Source: Chloroflexota bacterium (lineage in GTDB: Bacteria; Chloroflexota; Dormibacteria; CF-121). From it: a stretch of 64,000 nt of DNA. The stretch covers positions 12,260-76,259 of the forward strand of contig VBEE01000035.1 in the NCBI GenBank assembly GCA_005881715.1, written 5' to 3'. The translations under genes were made by a program, and so were the position numbers. The notes under the pieces were generated by a model that was given only the letters and a program-made list of their open reading frames with translations, was not told the origin of the DNA and searched no databases. This document shows positions 37,427 through 46,091 of the stretch, in pieces (position 1 is the first letter of the stretch; each line of letters opens with the position of its first letter).

Positions 37427-38217
37427 TATTTTGCCTCCAGGGCCGCAGGCGCCTTAGCCGGTTCCTTGACCCATTCCGAATAGCCTTTTGCCTCGAGCCA
37501 ATCGGCGAGCTCAGCCCCGCCGGAACGAACGAACTCACCGTTGACAAGCACGTGCACGTAGTCGGGCTTGATGAATTTCAGGACCCGCGTGTAGTGGGTG
37601 ATGATCAGCACGCCCAGCTCGGGTCCGCGCATCTTGTTCACGGCATCGCTGACGAATTTGATCGAGTCGATGTCGAGACCCGAGTCCGTCTCATCCAGAA
37701 TCGCCATCTCGGGCTTCAGCACGGCCATCTGCAGGATCTCGGCGCGCTTCTTCTCGCCTCCCGAGAACCCCTCGTTCACGTAGCGCGACAAGAATGAGTC
37801 GTCCATCCGCAGCACCGACATCTCGTTCTTGAGCAGGGCGCGGAATTCCTTGACGCTGATCGCCTTGGATTTGTCCTTGCCGTCGAAGCCACGCTTGGCG
37901 TTGATCGCCGTCCGCAGAAAGTTCGACATCGTGATGCCGGGGACGACCACCGGGTATTGCAATGCAAGGAACATGCCGAGCTTGGCGCGCTGCTCAGTTG
38001 GCAGCGTCAGGACGTCCTTACCCTTGAAGAGGACCTGGCCGCCCACCACCTTGTAGTTCGGGTGACCCATCAGGGTGTGCGAGAGCGTGCTCTTGCCGGA
38101 GCCGTTCGGACCCATGACGGCGTGCACCTCGCCCTTGTTGACGGCGAGTGAAACGCCCTTCAGGATCTCGCGGCCCTCGACGCTCACGCGCAAATCCTTG
38201 ATCTCGAAATCTGGCAT
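37426..38217 (-). CDS. sufC: Fe-S cluster assembly ATPase SufC
   Basis: ABC ATPase with Walker A 'GPNGSGKST', the LSGGE variant 'FSGGEKKR' and Walker B '[10 protein letters not shown]'. Start at 'MPDFEIKDL'. The track ORF extends upstream into an unlikely N-terminus. Confidence 0.9.
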   Translation of the reverse strand: MPDFEIKDLRVSVEGREILKGVSLAVNKGEVHAVMGPNGSGKSTLSHTLMGHPNYKVVGGQVLFKGKDVLTLPTEQRAKLGMFLALQYPVVVPGITMSNFLRTAINAKRGFDGKDKSKAISVKEFRALLKNEMSVLRMDDSFLSRYVNEGFSGGEKKRAEILQMAVLKPEMAILDETDSGLDIDSIKFVSDAVNKMRGPELGVLIITHYTRVLKFIKPDYVHVLVNGEFVRSGGAELADWLEAKGYSEWVKEPAKAPAALEAK

Positions 38218-38260
38218 TGCTCCTGTCAGTTTACCCGCGGATCCCGAATTCAAAGCCAAC

Positions 38261-38644
38261 TCAGTCCTCCTCCGGCACGTCGCCATTGAGCGCAACCCGC
38301 AGGGTATTGACCGAGAGCGTTGCGCACTTCATCCGGGCCGGGCTGATCTGGATGCCGAGCTCATCGAGGAGGTCCTTGGTCGGGAAGGTCTTCAACTGCT
38401 GCAGCGGCTTCCCCACGATCAGATCGGTCAGCATCGAGGCTGACGCCTGGCTGATCGCACAGCCTCGACCCCGGAAGCGGACATCGCCAAGACGCCCGTC
38501 GTCGAGCTTGAGGTAGAAGGTGATGACATCGCCGCAGAGGGGGTTATCGCCCTCCTGGGTGATGTCGGCATCGGGCAGCTCCCCGAAATGGTGCGGGTTC
38601 TTGTAATGCTCGAGGATCTGCTCCCGGTAGAGATCGTCACTCAT
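38261..38644 (-). CDS. sufU: SUF-type Fe-S scaffold SufU (NifU/IscU-like)
   Basis: 'MSDDLYREQILEHYKNPHHFG...NPLCGDV...GRGCAISQAS...KCATLS' has the three conserved Cys of SufU. Confidence 0.85.
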   Translation of the reverse strand: MSDDLYREQILEHYKNPHHFGELPDADITQEGDNPLCGDVITFYLKLDDGRLGDVRFRGRGCAISQASASMLTDLIVGKPLQQLKTFPTKDLLDELGIQISPARMKCATLSVNTLRVALNGDVPEED

Positions 38645-38646
38645 GG

Positions 38647-39882
38647 TTATGCGAACACCTTTTGTGCCTTTTGAATTCCGCTGACCAGCTGGTCGATCTC
38701 GTCGACGCGGTTGTAGATGTAGAAGCTCGCCCGGGTCGTCGCCGCAACCCCCAGGCGGTCCATCAGGGGCTGGGTGCAATGGTGACCGGCGCGGACCGCG
38801 ATCCCCTCGCGGTCGACGAGGGTGGCGAGATCGTGCGGATGGATGTTGGCAAGCGTGAACGAAATCGCGCCCCCATGGAGCTCGGAGTCACGCGGGCCGT
38901 AGAGGGTGATGCCGGGAACCTCCTGCAGCTTCTCCAGCGCATAGTCGACCAGCGTCTGCTCGTGGGAGCGAACCCGGTCCATGCCGAACTGGGTGAGGTA
39001 GTCGACGGCCGCGCCGAGGCCGATGCCCTCGGCAACGCTCGGGGTGCCAGCCTCGAACTTCCAGGGGAGGTCGTTCCAGGTCGCCTCGTTGAGTCGGACC
39101 CGCTTGATCATGTCGCCCCCCCCGCGGAACGGGGGCATCGATTCGAGCAGCGATCGCCGGGCCCAGAGCACGCCGATCCCGGTTGGGCCGCACATCTTGT
39201 GCCCACTGAAGGCGTAGAAGTCGACGCCGAGATCCTGAACGTCGACCGGCATGTGCGGCACCGTCTGGGCGCCATCGACCAGCACCAACGCGCCGGCCCG
39301 GTGCGCGGCCTCGGCCACCGCCTTAATCGGATTGATTGTTCCCAGCGTGTTCGACTGGTGAGTGATGGCCAGCAGCTGCACGCCCTCGAGCTGCCGATCC
39401 AGCTGTTCGAGCTCGAGCAGCCCGTCATCATCGATGCGGAGGAAGCTGAGCGTCGCCTGGACCTCCTGGGCCAGGAGCTGCCAGGGCACCAGATTGCTGT
39501 GGTGCTCCATCTCGGTCAGCAGGATGCGTGCGCCCGGTCGGATGTTTGCCCTGCCCCAGCTGTAGCGCACCAGGTTGATCGCCTCGGTCGTGTTTCGGGT
39601 GAAAATCACTTCCTTGGGCGAGGCGGCGTTGATGAATGTCGCCACCCGCTGCCGGGCCGACTCGTAGGCGGCGGTCGCCTCCTCACTGATGGCGTAGACG
39701 CCGCGGTGCGGATTCGCGTTGTAGCGTCGGTAGTAGTCGTCCATGGTGTCGATGACAACGGCGGGCTTCTGCGAGGTCGCCGCGCTATCCAGATAAATGA
39801 GCGGCTTGCCGTTCACGCGCCGTCCCAGGATGGGGAAGTCGGCGCGCGCGGCTTCGGCGTTCAGCGCCCGGGTCTGGATCAC
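38647..39882 (-). CDS. sufS: Cysteine desulfurase SufS
   Basis: Class V aminotransferase with PLP-Lys motif 'FSGHKMCGPTG' and catalytic 'RAGHHCTQP'. GTG start with GAAGGAGG upstream. It overlaps the Rrf2 stop (GTGA). Confidence 0.9.
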   Translation of the reverse strand: MIQTRALNAEAARADFPILGRRVNGKPLIYLDSAATSQKPAVVIDTMDDYYRRYNANPHRGVYAISEEATAAYESARQRVATFINAASPKEVIFTRNTTEAINLVRYSWGRANIRPGARILLTEMEHHSNLVPWQLLAQEVQATLSFLRIDDDGLLELEQLDRQLEGVQLLAITHQSNTLGTINPIKAVAEAAHRAGALVLVDGAQTVPHMPVDVQDLGVDFYAFSGHKMCGPTGIGVLWARRSLLESMPPFRGGGDMIKRVRLNEATWNDLPWKFEAGTPSVAEGIGLGAAVDYLTQFGMDRVRSHEQTLVDYALEKLQEVPGITLYGPRDSELHGGAISFTLANIHPHDLATLVDREGIAVRAGHHCTQPLMDRLGVAATTRASFYIYNRVDEIDQLVSGIQKAQKVFA

Positions 39883-40304
39883 GCCGGTTGGGCCTCCTTC
39901 ATGAGGTCGGCGACGGAGACCGACTCCAGGGTCGACGTGATGCTCCCCTGCAGTTTCTCCCAGAAGGCGTGCGCGGAGCAGGGGGTGTCGGCGTGCGTAC
40001 ATTCGCCAGGTCCCCCACCCTCAGCCAGGCAGCTCACCGGCGCCAGCGACCCCTCCAGGCTGCGGACGATGTCCGCCATCGAGATCGCGTCCGGCCGGCG
40101 GGCAAGCGCGTAGCCGCCCTTGACGCCCATCCGGCTGGTGATCAACCCTGCCCGGCGAAGCTGGCCGGCGATCTGCTCGAGATAGGAGAGCGGGAGCCCT
40201 TCCTGCTCGGCGAGCTCAGCCAGCGGCAGCGGGCCGTTGCCATAGCCCCGGCCCATCCGCACCATCACGCGGATTCCGTATTCGGAACGGGTGGAGAATC
40301 TCAT
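39879..40304 (-). CDS. Rrf2-family transcriptional regulator (IscR/SufR-like) with three C-terminal Cys
   Basis: 'MRFSTRSEYGIRVMVRM' Rrf2 N-terminus, a winged helix-turn-helix domain, and 'CLAEGGGPGECTHADTPC' cluster-ligand cysteines. First gene of the suf operon. Confidence 0.8.
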   Translation of the reverse strand: MRFSTRSEYGIRVMVRMGRGYGNGPLPLAELAEQEGLPLSYLEQIAGQLRRAGLITSRMGVKGGYALARRPDAISMADIVRSLEGSLAPVSCLAEGGGPGECTHADTPCSAHAFWEKLQGSITSTLESVSVADLMKEAQPA

Positions 40305-40309
40305 AGATC

Positions 40310-40328
40310 TCCGACTGGACTAGTCGGA
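40310..40328. promoter_or_regulatory. 19-bp near-perfect palindrome tccgactggactagtcgga immediately upstream of the Rrf2 start; candidate Rrf2 operator
   Basis: Inverted repeat with 8 of 9 matching arm positions around a central base. It lies 6 nt 5' of the Rrf2 ATG. Confidence 0.35.
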
Positions 40329-40412
40329 CATTCAAAGTATAGCGTGAAGGCCCGCCCCCGGGGCCACGTTCTCGTAACCTTTGCGCGTGCACCAGACGCG
40401 GGGGGCTTGCGC

Positions 40413-40901
40413 GTGACCCTGCCGGTCGACGGCGCATCGTTTCGCTACACGGTAGGGCACTTCGCCACCGGGGTCACGGTGATGACCACTACGGCCGGCG
40501 AGCGCATGCACGGGATGACGGTCAGCGCCTTCGCGTCGGTATCGCTGGAGCCCCTTCTGATCATGGTCAGCGTCGAGCGCTCGACCGTGATGCACGAGCT
40601 CGTGGCGCGCAGCCGCGCCTTCGCCATCAACTTCCTCGGCCAGCGGAGCGAGAGCACGGCGCGCTTCTTTGCCGACAACGTCCGGCTGGCGGCCCCAGAG
40701 TTCCGGGAGGGCGGTTACCGGCTCGGGGTCACCGGCTCCCCCATCCTGAGTGAGGCATCCGGGTATCTCGAGGCGACCGTGCACGGGACCCACGAGGCGG
40801 GCGACCATACGATCATGGTTGGCAAGGTGGTGGCACTCGAGGTGGTCACGGAGGAGGAGCCCCTCATCTATTACCGGAGCGGCTACCGCAGCCTCGACTA
40901 A
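40413..40901 (+). CDS. Flavin reductase (NAD(P)H:FMN oxidoreductase, HpaC-like)
   Basis: 'FRYTVGHFATGVTVMTT...HGMTVSAFASVSLEPLLIMVSV...AINFL' is the flavin-reductase-domain signature. The GTG at 40413 is in frame. The upstream part of the track ORF is antisense to the Rrf2/sufS genes. Confidence 0.75.
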   Translation: MTLPVDGASFRYTVGHFATGVTVMTTTAGERMHGMTVSAFASVSLEPLLIMVSVERSTVMHELVARSRAFAINFLGQRSESTARFFADNVRLAAPEFREGGYRLGVTGSPILSEASGYLEATVHGTHEAGDHTIMVGKVVALEVVTEEEPLIYYRSGYRSLD

Positions 40902-41248
40902 CTGCCCTCGTTGAGCAGGTCGGTCAGCTTTCCCTGAAAGGCCTGCAGCCGCTGATGGGCGTCGAGCACCTCGTCATGGGTGAGCGGATCGCCATCGATC
41001 TCGTCAGTATCGCGGGGCGAGGGGGCCGCCACCCGGGTAACCTCTTCGACGGCGTTCACGATTGAGCCGGCGAACTCAACATGCAGGAAAAAAGAATCAC
41101 GGCAACGGCCGCAGGTCACCTGGACGATCAATTTGTTGTTGTGGTTGCCGATCTTGCGCAGCTGCGAGCCCTTGTGGTTGCTGCCGCACACCCGGCAGCG
41201 ATAGTTTCGAGCCTGGGACCGCAGGAACTCCAGGATGGGATCTTCCAT
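40898..41248 (-). CDS. Hypothetical zinc-ribbon protein (CxxC...CxxC)
   Basis: 'YRCRVCGSNHKGSQLRKIGNHNNKLIVQVTCGRCRD' gives two CxxC pairs. The local GC is lower than the surroundings. Start chosen at 'MEDPILEFL' to avoid overlapping surE. Confidence 0.45.
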   Translation of the reverse strand: MEDPILEFLRSQARNYRCRVCGSNHKGSQLRKIGNHNNKLIVQVTCGRCRDSFFLHVEFAGSIVNAVEEVTRVAAPSPRDTDEIDGDPLTHDEVLDAHQRLQAFQGKLTDLLNEGS

Positions 41249-41312
41249 CGTCGCCCGGTCCAGTATAGGACTGGGAACGGGGCATCGAAGGCGCATCATT
41301 GATGGCGGAGTC

Positions 41313-42080
41313 GTGGCAAAACCGCTGATCCTGCTGACCAATGACGACGGGATCTATGCCCAGGGCATCCTTGCCGCATGGCAGGAGCTGCGCAAGATCG
41401 GCGAGGTGGAAGTGGTCGCTCCCGACGCGGAGCGCAGCGCCGTCGGGCACGCCATCACGTTGCTGCTTCCGCTCCGCACTAAGGAGGTGGTGCGGCGCAA
41501 TGTGCGATTCGGTTACGGCGTGAACGGCATGCCGGCCGACTGCGTGAAGATCGCGGTCAAGGCCATCCTGCCGAGGCCGCCGGACCTGGTCGTCTCGGGC
41601 ATCAATCTCGGAGCGAACACGGGGACCAACGTCATCTACTCCGGCACGGTGAGCGCCGCCACCGAGGCCCGCATCCTGGGTATCCCATCGATCGCCGTCT
41701 CGCTGGCGACTTTTACCCATCCCGACTTCAGCTATGCGGCACGCTTTACGCGAAAACTGGCCATCGCCGTGCTGGCGAAAGGCCTGCCTGACAAAACCCT
41801 TCTCAATGTCAACGTCCCAAACATTCCGGAGGACAAGATCAAGGGCGTGGCCATCACGCAGCAGGGTGAGTCGCGTGTCGAGGAACGGTTCGAGAAGCGG
41901 ACGGATCCTCGAAATCAAACGTACTACTGGCTGGACGGCCAGTTTCGTTTACAGGAACCAAAGAATGAGGCGGACGCGGCCAAAGTGAGCGATGGGTATG
42001 TCTCGATCACGCCGGTGCAGTACGACCTGACCGCCTATCCCGCGATCGACCTGCTCAAGGGCTGGAAGCTCCAGCCCTAA
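41313..42080 (+). CDS. surE: 5'/3'-nucleotidase SurE
   Basis: 'ILLTNDDGIYAQGI...APDAERSAVGHAIT...VVSGINLGANTG...YSGTVSAATEA' are the canonical SurE motifs. Confidence 0.85.
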   Translation: MAKPLILLTNDDGIYAQGILAAWQELRKIGEVEVVAPDAERSAVGHAITLLLPLRTKEVVRRNVRFGYGVNGMPADCVKIAVKAILPRPPDLVVSGINLGANTGTNVIYSGTVSAATEARILGIPSIAVSLATFTHPDFSYAARFTRKLAIAVLAKGLPDKTLLNVNVPNIPEDKIKGVAITQQGESRVEERFEKRTDPRNQTYYWLDGQFRLQEPKNEADAAKVSDGYVSITPVQYDLTAYPAIDLLKGWKLQP

Positions 42081-42088
42081 GGTCCCCG

Positions 42089-43006
42089 CTACCGCACCGG
42101 GTTGCGCAGCACGCCGATTCGCTCGACCTCGGCTTCGACCACGTCGCCGGGGTGCAGGTATTCGGGCGGTTTGCGACCGTCGCCAACGCCCTGCGGCGTC
42201 CCGGTTGAGATGCAATCCCCCGGCTCGAGCGTCATTCCCGCGGAGAGGTCGGCGACGATCCGCGCCACAGAGAAGATCATGTCGCTGGTGTTGCTATCTT
42301 GCTTGGCCGTGCCATTCACCGACAACCGGAGCCGCAGTCGTTGCGGATCCGGGATCTCGTCGGCGGTGATGATCACCGGGCCCATCGGGCAGCTGCCATC
42401 CAGGCTCTTCCCCTTGAACCACTGGGAGGTGCGGAACTGCAACTCGCGCGCGGAGATGTCGTTGACGACGGTGTAGCCGAAGACGTGATCAAGGGCTCGC
42501 ACTTCAGGAATGTCCCGGCCCCCGATTCCGATGATGACGCCCAGCTCGACTTCCCAGTCGAGCCGCGTGGTCAGCCCCTGCGGATAAGGGATGGCCTCAC
42601 CGGGTCCGATGATGGTGGTGGGCGGCTTTGTGAAGTAAATCGGCGCCGGCGGTGGAGGGCTGCCGGATTCCGCGGCGTGGGCCGCAAAGTTTTGACCGAG
42701 GCAAACGACGTCCTTGCGCGGCCGCGGAATTGGCGCGTGCCAGCGGATCCGATCTGATGCATAGGCGAGGCCGGCCTCCGCGTCCTGCGCCAGGTCATGG
42801 CTTTCAAGTTCCGACGAGAAGCGGCGGCACAGGTCTGCCGCGTGGCGCCAGGCCGCTGCCCCGGCGTCGAGCAAGCCCAGCATGTCCGACGGCAGACGCA
42901 AGCCGTCATGCAGATGCGAATAGCGGGCCAGGTCGAGCACCGCGCGCCCGCAGTCGGCGCCGAGCCGGGGTGGGCCGGGCTCGACCGAGTAGCTGCACAG
43001 CCTCAT
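42089..43006 (-). CDS. Fumarylacetoacetate hydrolase (FAH) family protein
   Basis: 'VVCLGQNFAAHAAE...FTKPPTTIIGPGEAIPYP...DWEVELGVIIG...GTPQGVG' is the FAH-fold signature. The start overlaps the stop of the Mo-hydroxylase (ATGA). Confidence 0.8.
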   Translation of the reverse strand: MRLCSYSVEPGPPRLGADCGRAVLDLARYSHLHDGLRLPSDMLGLLDAGAAAWRHAADLCRRFSSELESHDLAQDAEAGLAYASDRIRWHAPIPRPRKDVVCLGQNFAAHAAESGSPPPPAPIYFTKPPTTIIGPGEAIPYPQGLTTRLDWEVELGVIIGIGGRDIPEVRALDHVFGYTVVNDISARELQFRTSQWFKGKSLDGSCPMGPVIITADEIPDPQRLRLRLSVNGTAKQDSNTSDMIFSVARIVADLSAGMTLEPGDCISTGTPQGVGDGRKPPEYLHPGDVVEAEVERIGVLRNPVR

Positions 43007-45315
43007 CCGGACCGATGGCCCCGGGCACCTTCCATGGCCTGCCACACCTTTTGCGGGGTACAGGGTGGATCGATTTCGGTGACGCCCAGGGGGCTGAGCG
43101 CATCGACCACGGCGTTGACGACGGCCGGCGTCGAGCCGATCGTGGCGCTCTCACCCACGCCCTTGACACCAAGCGCGTTGATGGGGCTGGGCGTGATCGT
43201 ACGGTCGAGCACAAAGCTCGGCAGGTCCGGGGCGGTCGGAATCATGTAGGTTGTCAGGTTACCGCTGAGCAGCGACCCATCGTCGCCATAGGAGATCTCT
43301 TCGTAGAGGGCCTGCGCGATACCCTGCGCCAGGCCACCGTGCACCTGACCCTCCACGAGGAGGGGGTTGAGAACCCGGCCACAGTCGTCGACCGAGATGT
43401 ACCGGCGCAATCCAACCGCCCCCGTTTCTGGATCGACCTCAACCACGGCGACGTGCGCTCCAAACGGGAAGACCATCCCAGGCGGCTGAAAGAAGCGGGT
43501 CGACTCGAGGCCGGCCTCGATGTCCTTGGGCCGCGCGCCGCCGTAGGCAGTCTTCGCGATCTCCACAAACGTCACACCCCGGTCCGGAACGCCGCGCACC
43601 CGCCACTGTCCATCCGACACCACGATGTCCGCCGGCGCCGCCTCGAGCAAGTGGGCCGCCAGCCGGCGCGCCTTTTCGGCAACCTCGCCGGCGGCCAAGT
43701 GCACCGCCGTTCCGCCAACGGCCGCGCTTCGGCTCCCGAAGGTGCCGAGGCCGACCGGGACGGTCGCGGTGTCGCCATGCCGGACAACGACCCGATCCAT
43801 GGCGATACCGAGCTCGCCGGCAACCAGCTGCGCCCACGCCGTTTCGTGGCCCTGACCATGGGGAGAGGTGCCGGTCACGACGGTGACGGTCCCATCGGCG
43901 TTGGCCCGCACCGTCGCGCTTTCGAACAAGTCCCCATCCGGCCCAAAGCCGGCCATCTCGACATACGATGCAATGCCGATGCCCATCAGCCGGCCAGCCT
44001 GGCGCGCCTGCTGCTGCTCGGCGCGGAGCTGCTCGTAGCCGGCGACCGACAGTGCGCGCTCGAGGGCCGCGGCGTAATTGCCGCTGTCGTACAGCTCGCC
44101 GCTGATACTCGCGGTCGGTTCGTCGAAGGCGGGCAGCAGGTTGCGCCGTCGCATCTCCGCGGGGTCGATGCCAAGCTCGCGTGCCGCGAGATCGATCATC
44201 CGCTCGATCAGGAAGATCGCCTCCGGCCGGCCGGCTCCCCGATAGGCGGCGATGGGGGTCTTGTTCGTGTACACGCTCCGAATGTCCACCTGCAGTGCCG
44301 GCATCCGGTAGCAACCACTCAGGAGGCGACGGGTCAGCCGGGGAAGTCCGACGCCCATCGGGTAGGCGCCGAGGTCGGCGGTCAGCCGCACCTTGAGGCC
44401 GCGCAGGGTTCCATCCGCATTCACCGCCAGTTCCGCATCGTGGATCTGGTCTCGCCCGTGGGTGGTGGCCTGCAGGTGTTCGCTGCGCTCTTCGACCCAT
44501 TTCACCGGACGGGCCAATCGCAGTGCGGCCCATGCCGTAAGGAGTTCTTCGGGATAGACCGACAGTTTTGCGCCGAAGCCGCCGCCGACTTCGGGAGCGA
44601 TCACCCGCACCGCGGACTGGGGTAGGTCGAGGAAGGTCGCCAGCTCGTCACGGACGCCATGCGGAATCTGGGTCGCCGACCATACTGTGACCGAAGGCTC
44701 CCAGCGGTTGGCGATGGCGAGCACGCCGCGCGGCTCGATGGGGACGCCGGCCAGCCGCTGGTTGCGAATGCGAGCGCGCACGACGCGGTGGGCACCCGTA
44801 AACGCCGCCTCGACATCGCCCCAGATCCGGGTCGACTCGTCGGCGACATTCGTGCCCAGGCTGTCATGGACGATTGGGGCGTCAGCGGCGGCCGCCGCTA
44901 TCGGATCGGTGACGGACGGTCGGGGGTCGAGCTCGACCACGACTCGATCGGCCGCATCGCGGGCCTCCTCGCGGGTTTCCGCGACGATGAAAGCGATCAG
45001 GTCGCCGCTGAAGCACGCCTGGTCACTGTTGAGAAGGGGACGTTGCGGGAGCCGGCTCCCCTTCGGTCCGCTTGCCGGGAAGGCCGGCGCATCCCTCAAT
45101 TCGGCGGCGGTGATCACGTCGATTACCCCGGGCGCGGATCGAGCGTCGGCCACGTCGACCGCTTTGATGGTGGCGTGCGGGAGGTAGCTGCGCACGAAAA
45201 CCAGGTGGCAGAGGCCCGGCGGGCGGAGGTCATCGACGTAGGTGCCGGCGCCCGTGATCAGTCGAGGGTCCTCACGACGGCGCACCCGCGCCCCCAGGCC
45301 ATACGCGAGCGCCAC
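43003..45315 (-). CDS. Xanthine dehydrogenase/aldehyde oxidase family molybdopterin-binding large subunit (orphan)
   Basis: 770 aa with 'AAYRGAGRPEA' (the AYRGAGR variant, not the form I CODH 'AYRCSFR') and Mo-cofactor-binding domains. No small or medium subunits are adjacent. Confidence 0.85.
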   Translation of the reverse strand: MALAYGLGARVRRREDPRLITGAGTYVDDLRPPGLCHLVFVRSYLPHATIKAVDVADARSAPGVIDVITAAELRDAPAFPASGPKGSRLPQRPLLNSDQACFSGDLIAFIVAETREEARDAADRVVVELDPRPSVTDPIAAAAADAPIVHDSLGTNVADESTRIWGDVEAAFTGAHRVVRARIRNQRLAGVPIEPRGVLAIANRWEPSVTVWSATQIPHGVRDELATFLDLPQSAVRVIAPEVGGGFGAKLSVYPEELLTAWAALRLARPVKWVEERSEHLQATTHGRDQIHDAELAVNADGTLRGLKVRLTADLGAYPMGVGLPRLTRRLLSGCYRMPALQVDIRSVYTNKTPIAAYRGAGRPEAIFLIERMIDLAARELGIDPAEMRRRNLLPAFDEPTASISGELYDSGNYAAALERALSVAGYEQLRAEQQQARQAGRLMGIGIASYVEMAGFGPDGDLFESATVRANADGTVTVVTGTSPHGQGHETAWAQLVAGELGIAMDRVVVRHGDTATVPVGLGTFGSRSAAVGGTAVHLAAGEVAEKARRLAAHLLEAAPADIVVSDGQWRVRGVPDRGVTFVEIAKTAYGGARPKDIEAGLESTRFFQPPGMVFPFGAHVAVVEVDPETGAVGLRRYISVDDCGRVLNPLLVEGQVHGGLAQGIAQALYEEISYGDDGSLLSGNLTTYMIPTAPDLPSFVLDRTITPSPINALGVKGVGESATIGSTPAVVNAVVDALSPLGVTEIDPPCTPQKVWQAMEGARGHRSG

Positions 45316-45427
45316 GCCTCAAGCTTACGGGAGCCCTCCGCTCGGCTCGGCTTCGCCCGATGCACACAACCGATAATTCGGTCGGACAATGAGATGCCCT
45401 GGCCGTCCCCTGCACGGCGTTGCCCTA

Positions 45428-45988
45428 ATGGCGCTGGCTGCCGTTCTCCTGGCTGGCTGTGACAGCCAATCCGCCATTCCGAAAGACAAACTCAGCACCC
45501 TGGTCCTGAGCCAGAAGGACATGCCGTCGGGCTTCTCCGAGTTCTACAACGGTGCGCAGGTGCGGCTCGATAACCAGGGCACGGTCCGCTCCGACGCCTC
45601 GCGCGACGGACGGGAAGGTGGCTGGATCGCTCGGCTGCGCCGGGATGATTCCGGCCAGACCCAGGGCCCCCTGGTGATCGAATCGCGCGCCGACCTGTTC
45701 AAGGATTCGGGCGGCGCCAGGTCGGACCTCGCCGCCTATCGCGTGCTGTTCTCGCGAACGAGCGGCAGTGAGCTCAAGACCGTGGCGGTTTCCGGTATCG
45801 GGGACGAGGCCGTCGGCATCACGTTTACCCAGCCGGGGAGTCGCCCCCTTCGCTTTTACCGGATCGCCTGGCGCTACCGGAACGCGACGGCCTCCGTCCT
45901 GATCGAGGGCTTCGATGGCGAGCTCAGCCTCAACGATGCGGAGTCCCTGGCACGCAAGCAGGAAACGCGGATGGAGAGCGCCGGCTAA
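45428..45988 (+). CDS. Hypothetical lipoprotein
   Basis: Signal peptide 'MALAAVLLAGC' with a lipobox. An alternative start exists at 45389. Confidence 0.5.
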   Translation: MALAAVLLAGCDSQSAIPKDKLSTLVLSQKDMPSGFSEFYNGAQVRLDNQGTVRSDASRDGREGGWIARLRRDDSGQTQGPLVIESRADLFKDSGGARSDLAAYRVLFSRTSGSELKTVAVSGIGDEAVGITFTQPGSRPLRFYRIAWRYRNATASVLIEGFDGELSLNDAESLARKQETRMESAG

Positions 45989-46091
45989 GCGTCGCAAGGC
46001 AAACCGTTGAAATCCCCCGGTAGTCGCGCATATACTTTCGGCAAAGCGGACTGGGCTGTCGGTTAATTCCTCGATAGGGGAAGGGAGAGAC

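Noticed and set aside
42652-44625. 657-aa ORF on the plus strand
   Set aside because: It is entirely antisense to the well-supported Mo-hydroxylase large-subunit gene. Long antisense ORFs are expected in ~67% GC DNA, its translation is Arg/Gly/Ala-rich, and it has no motifs.
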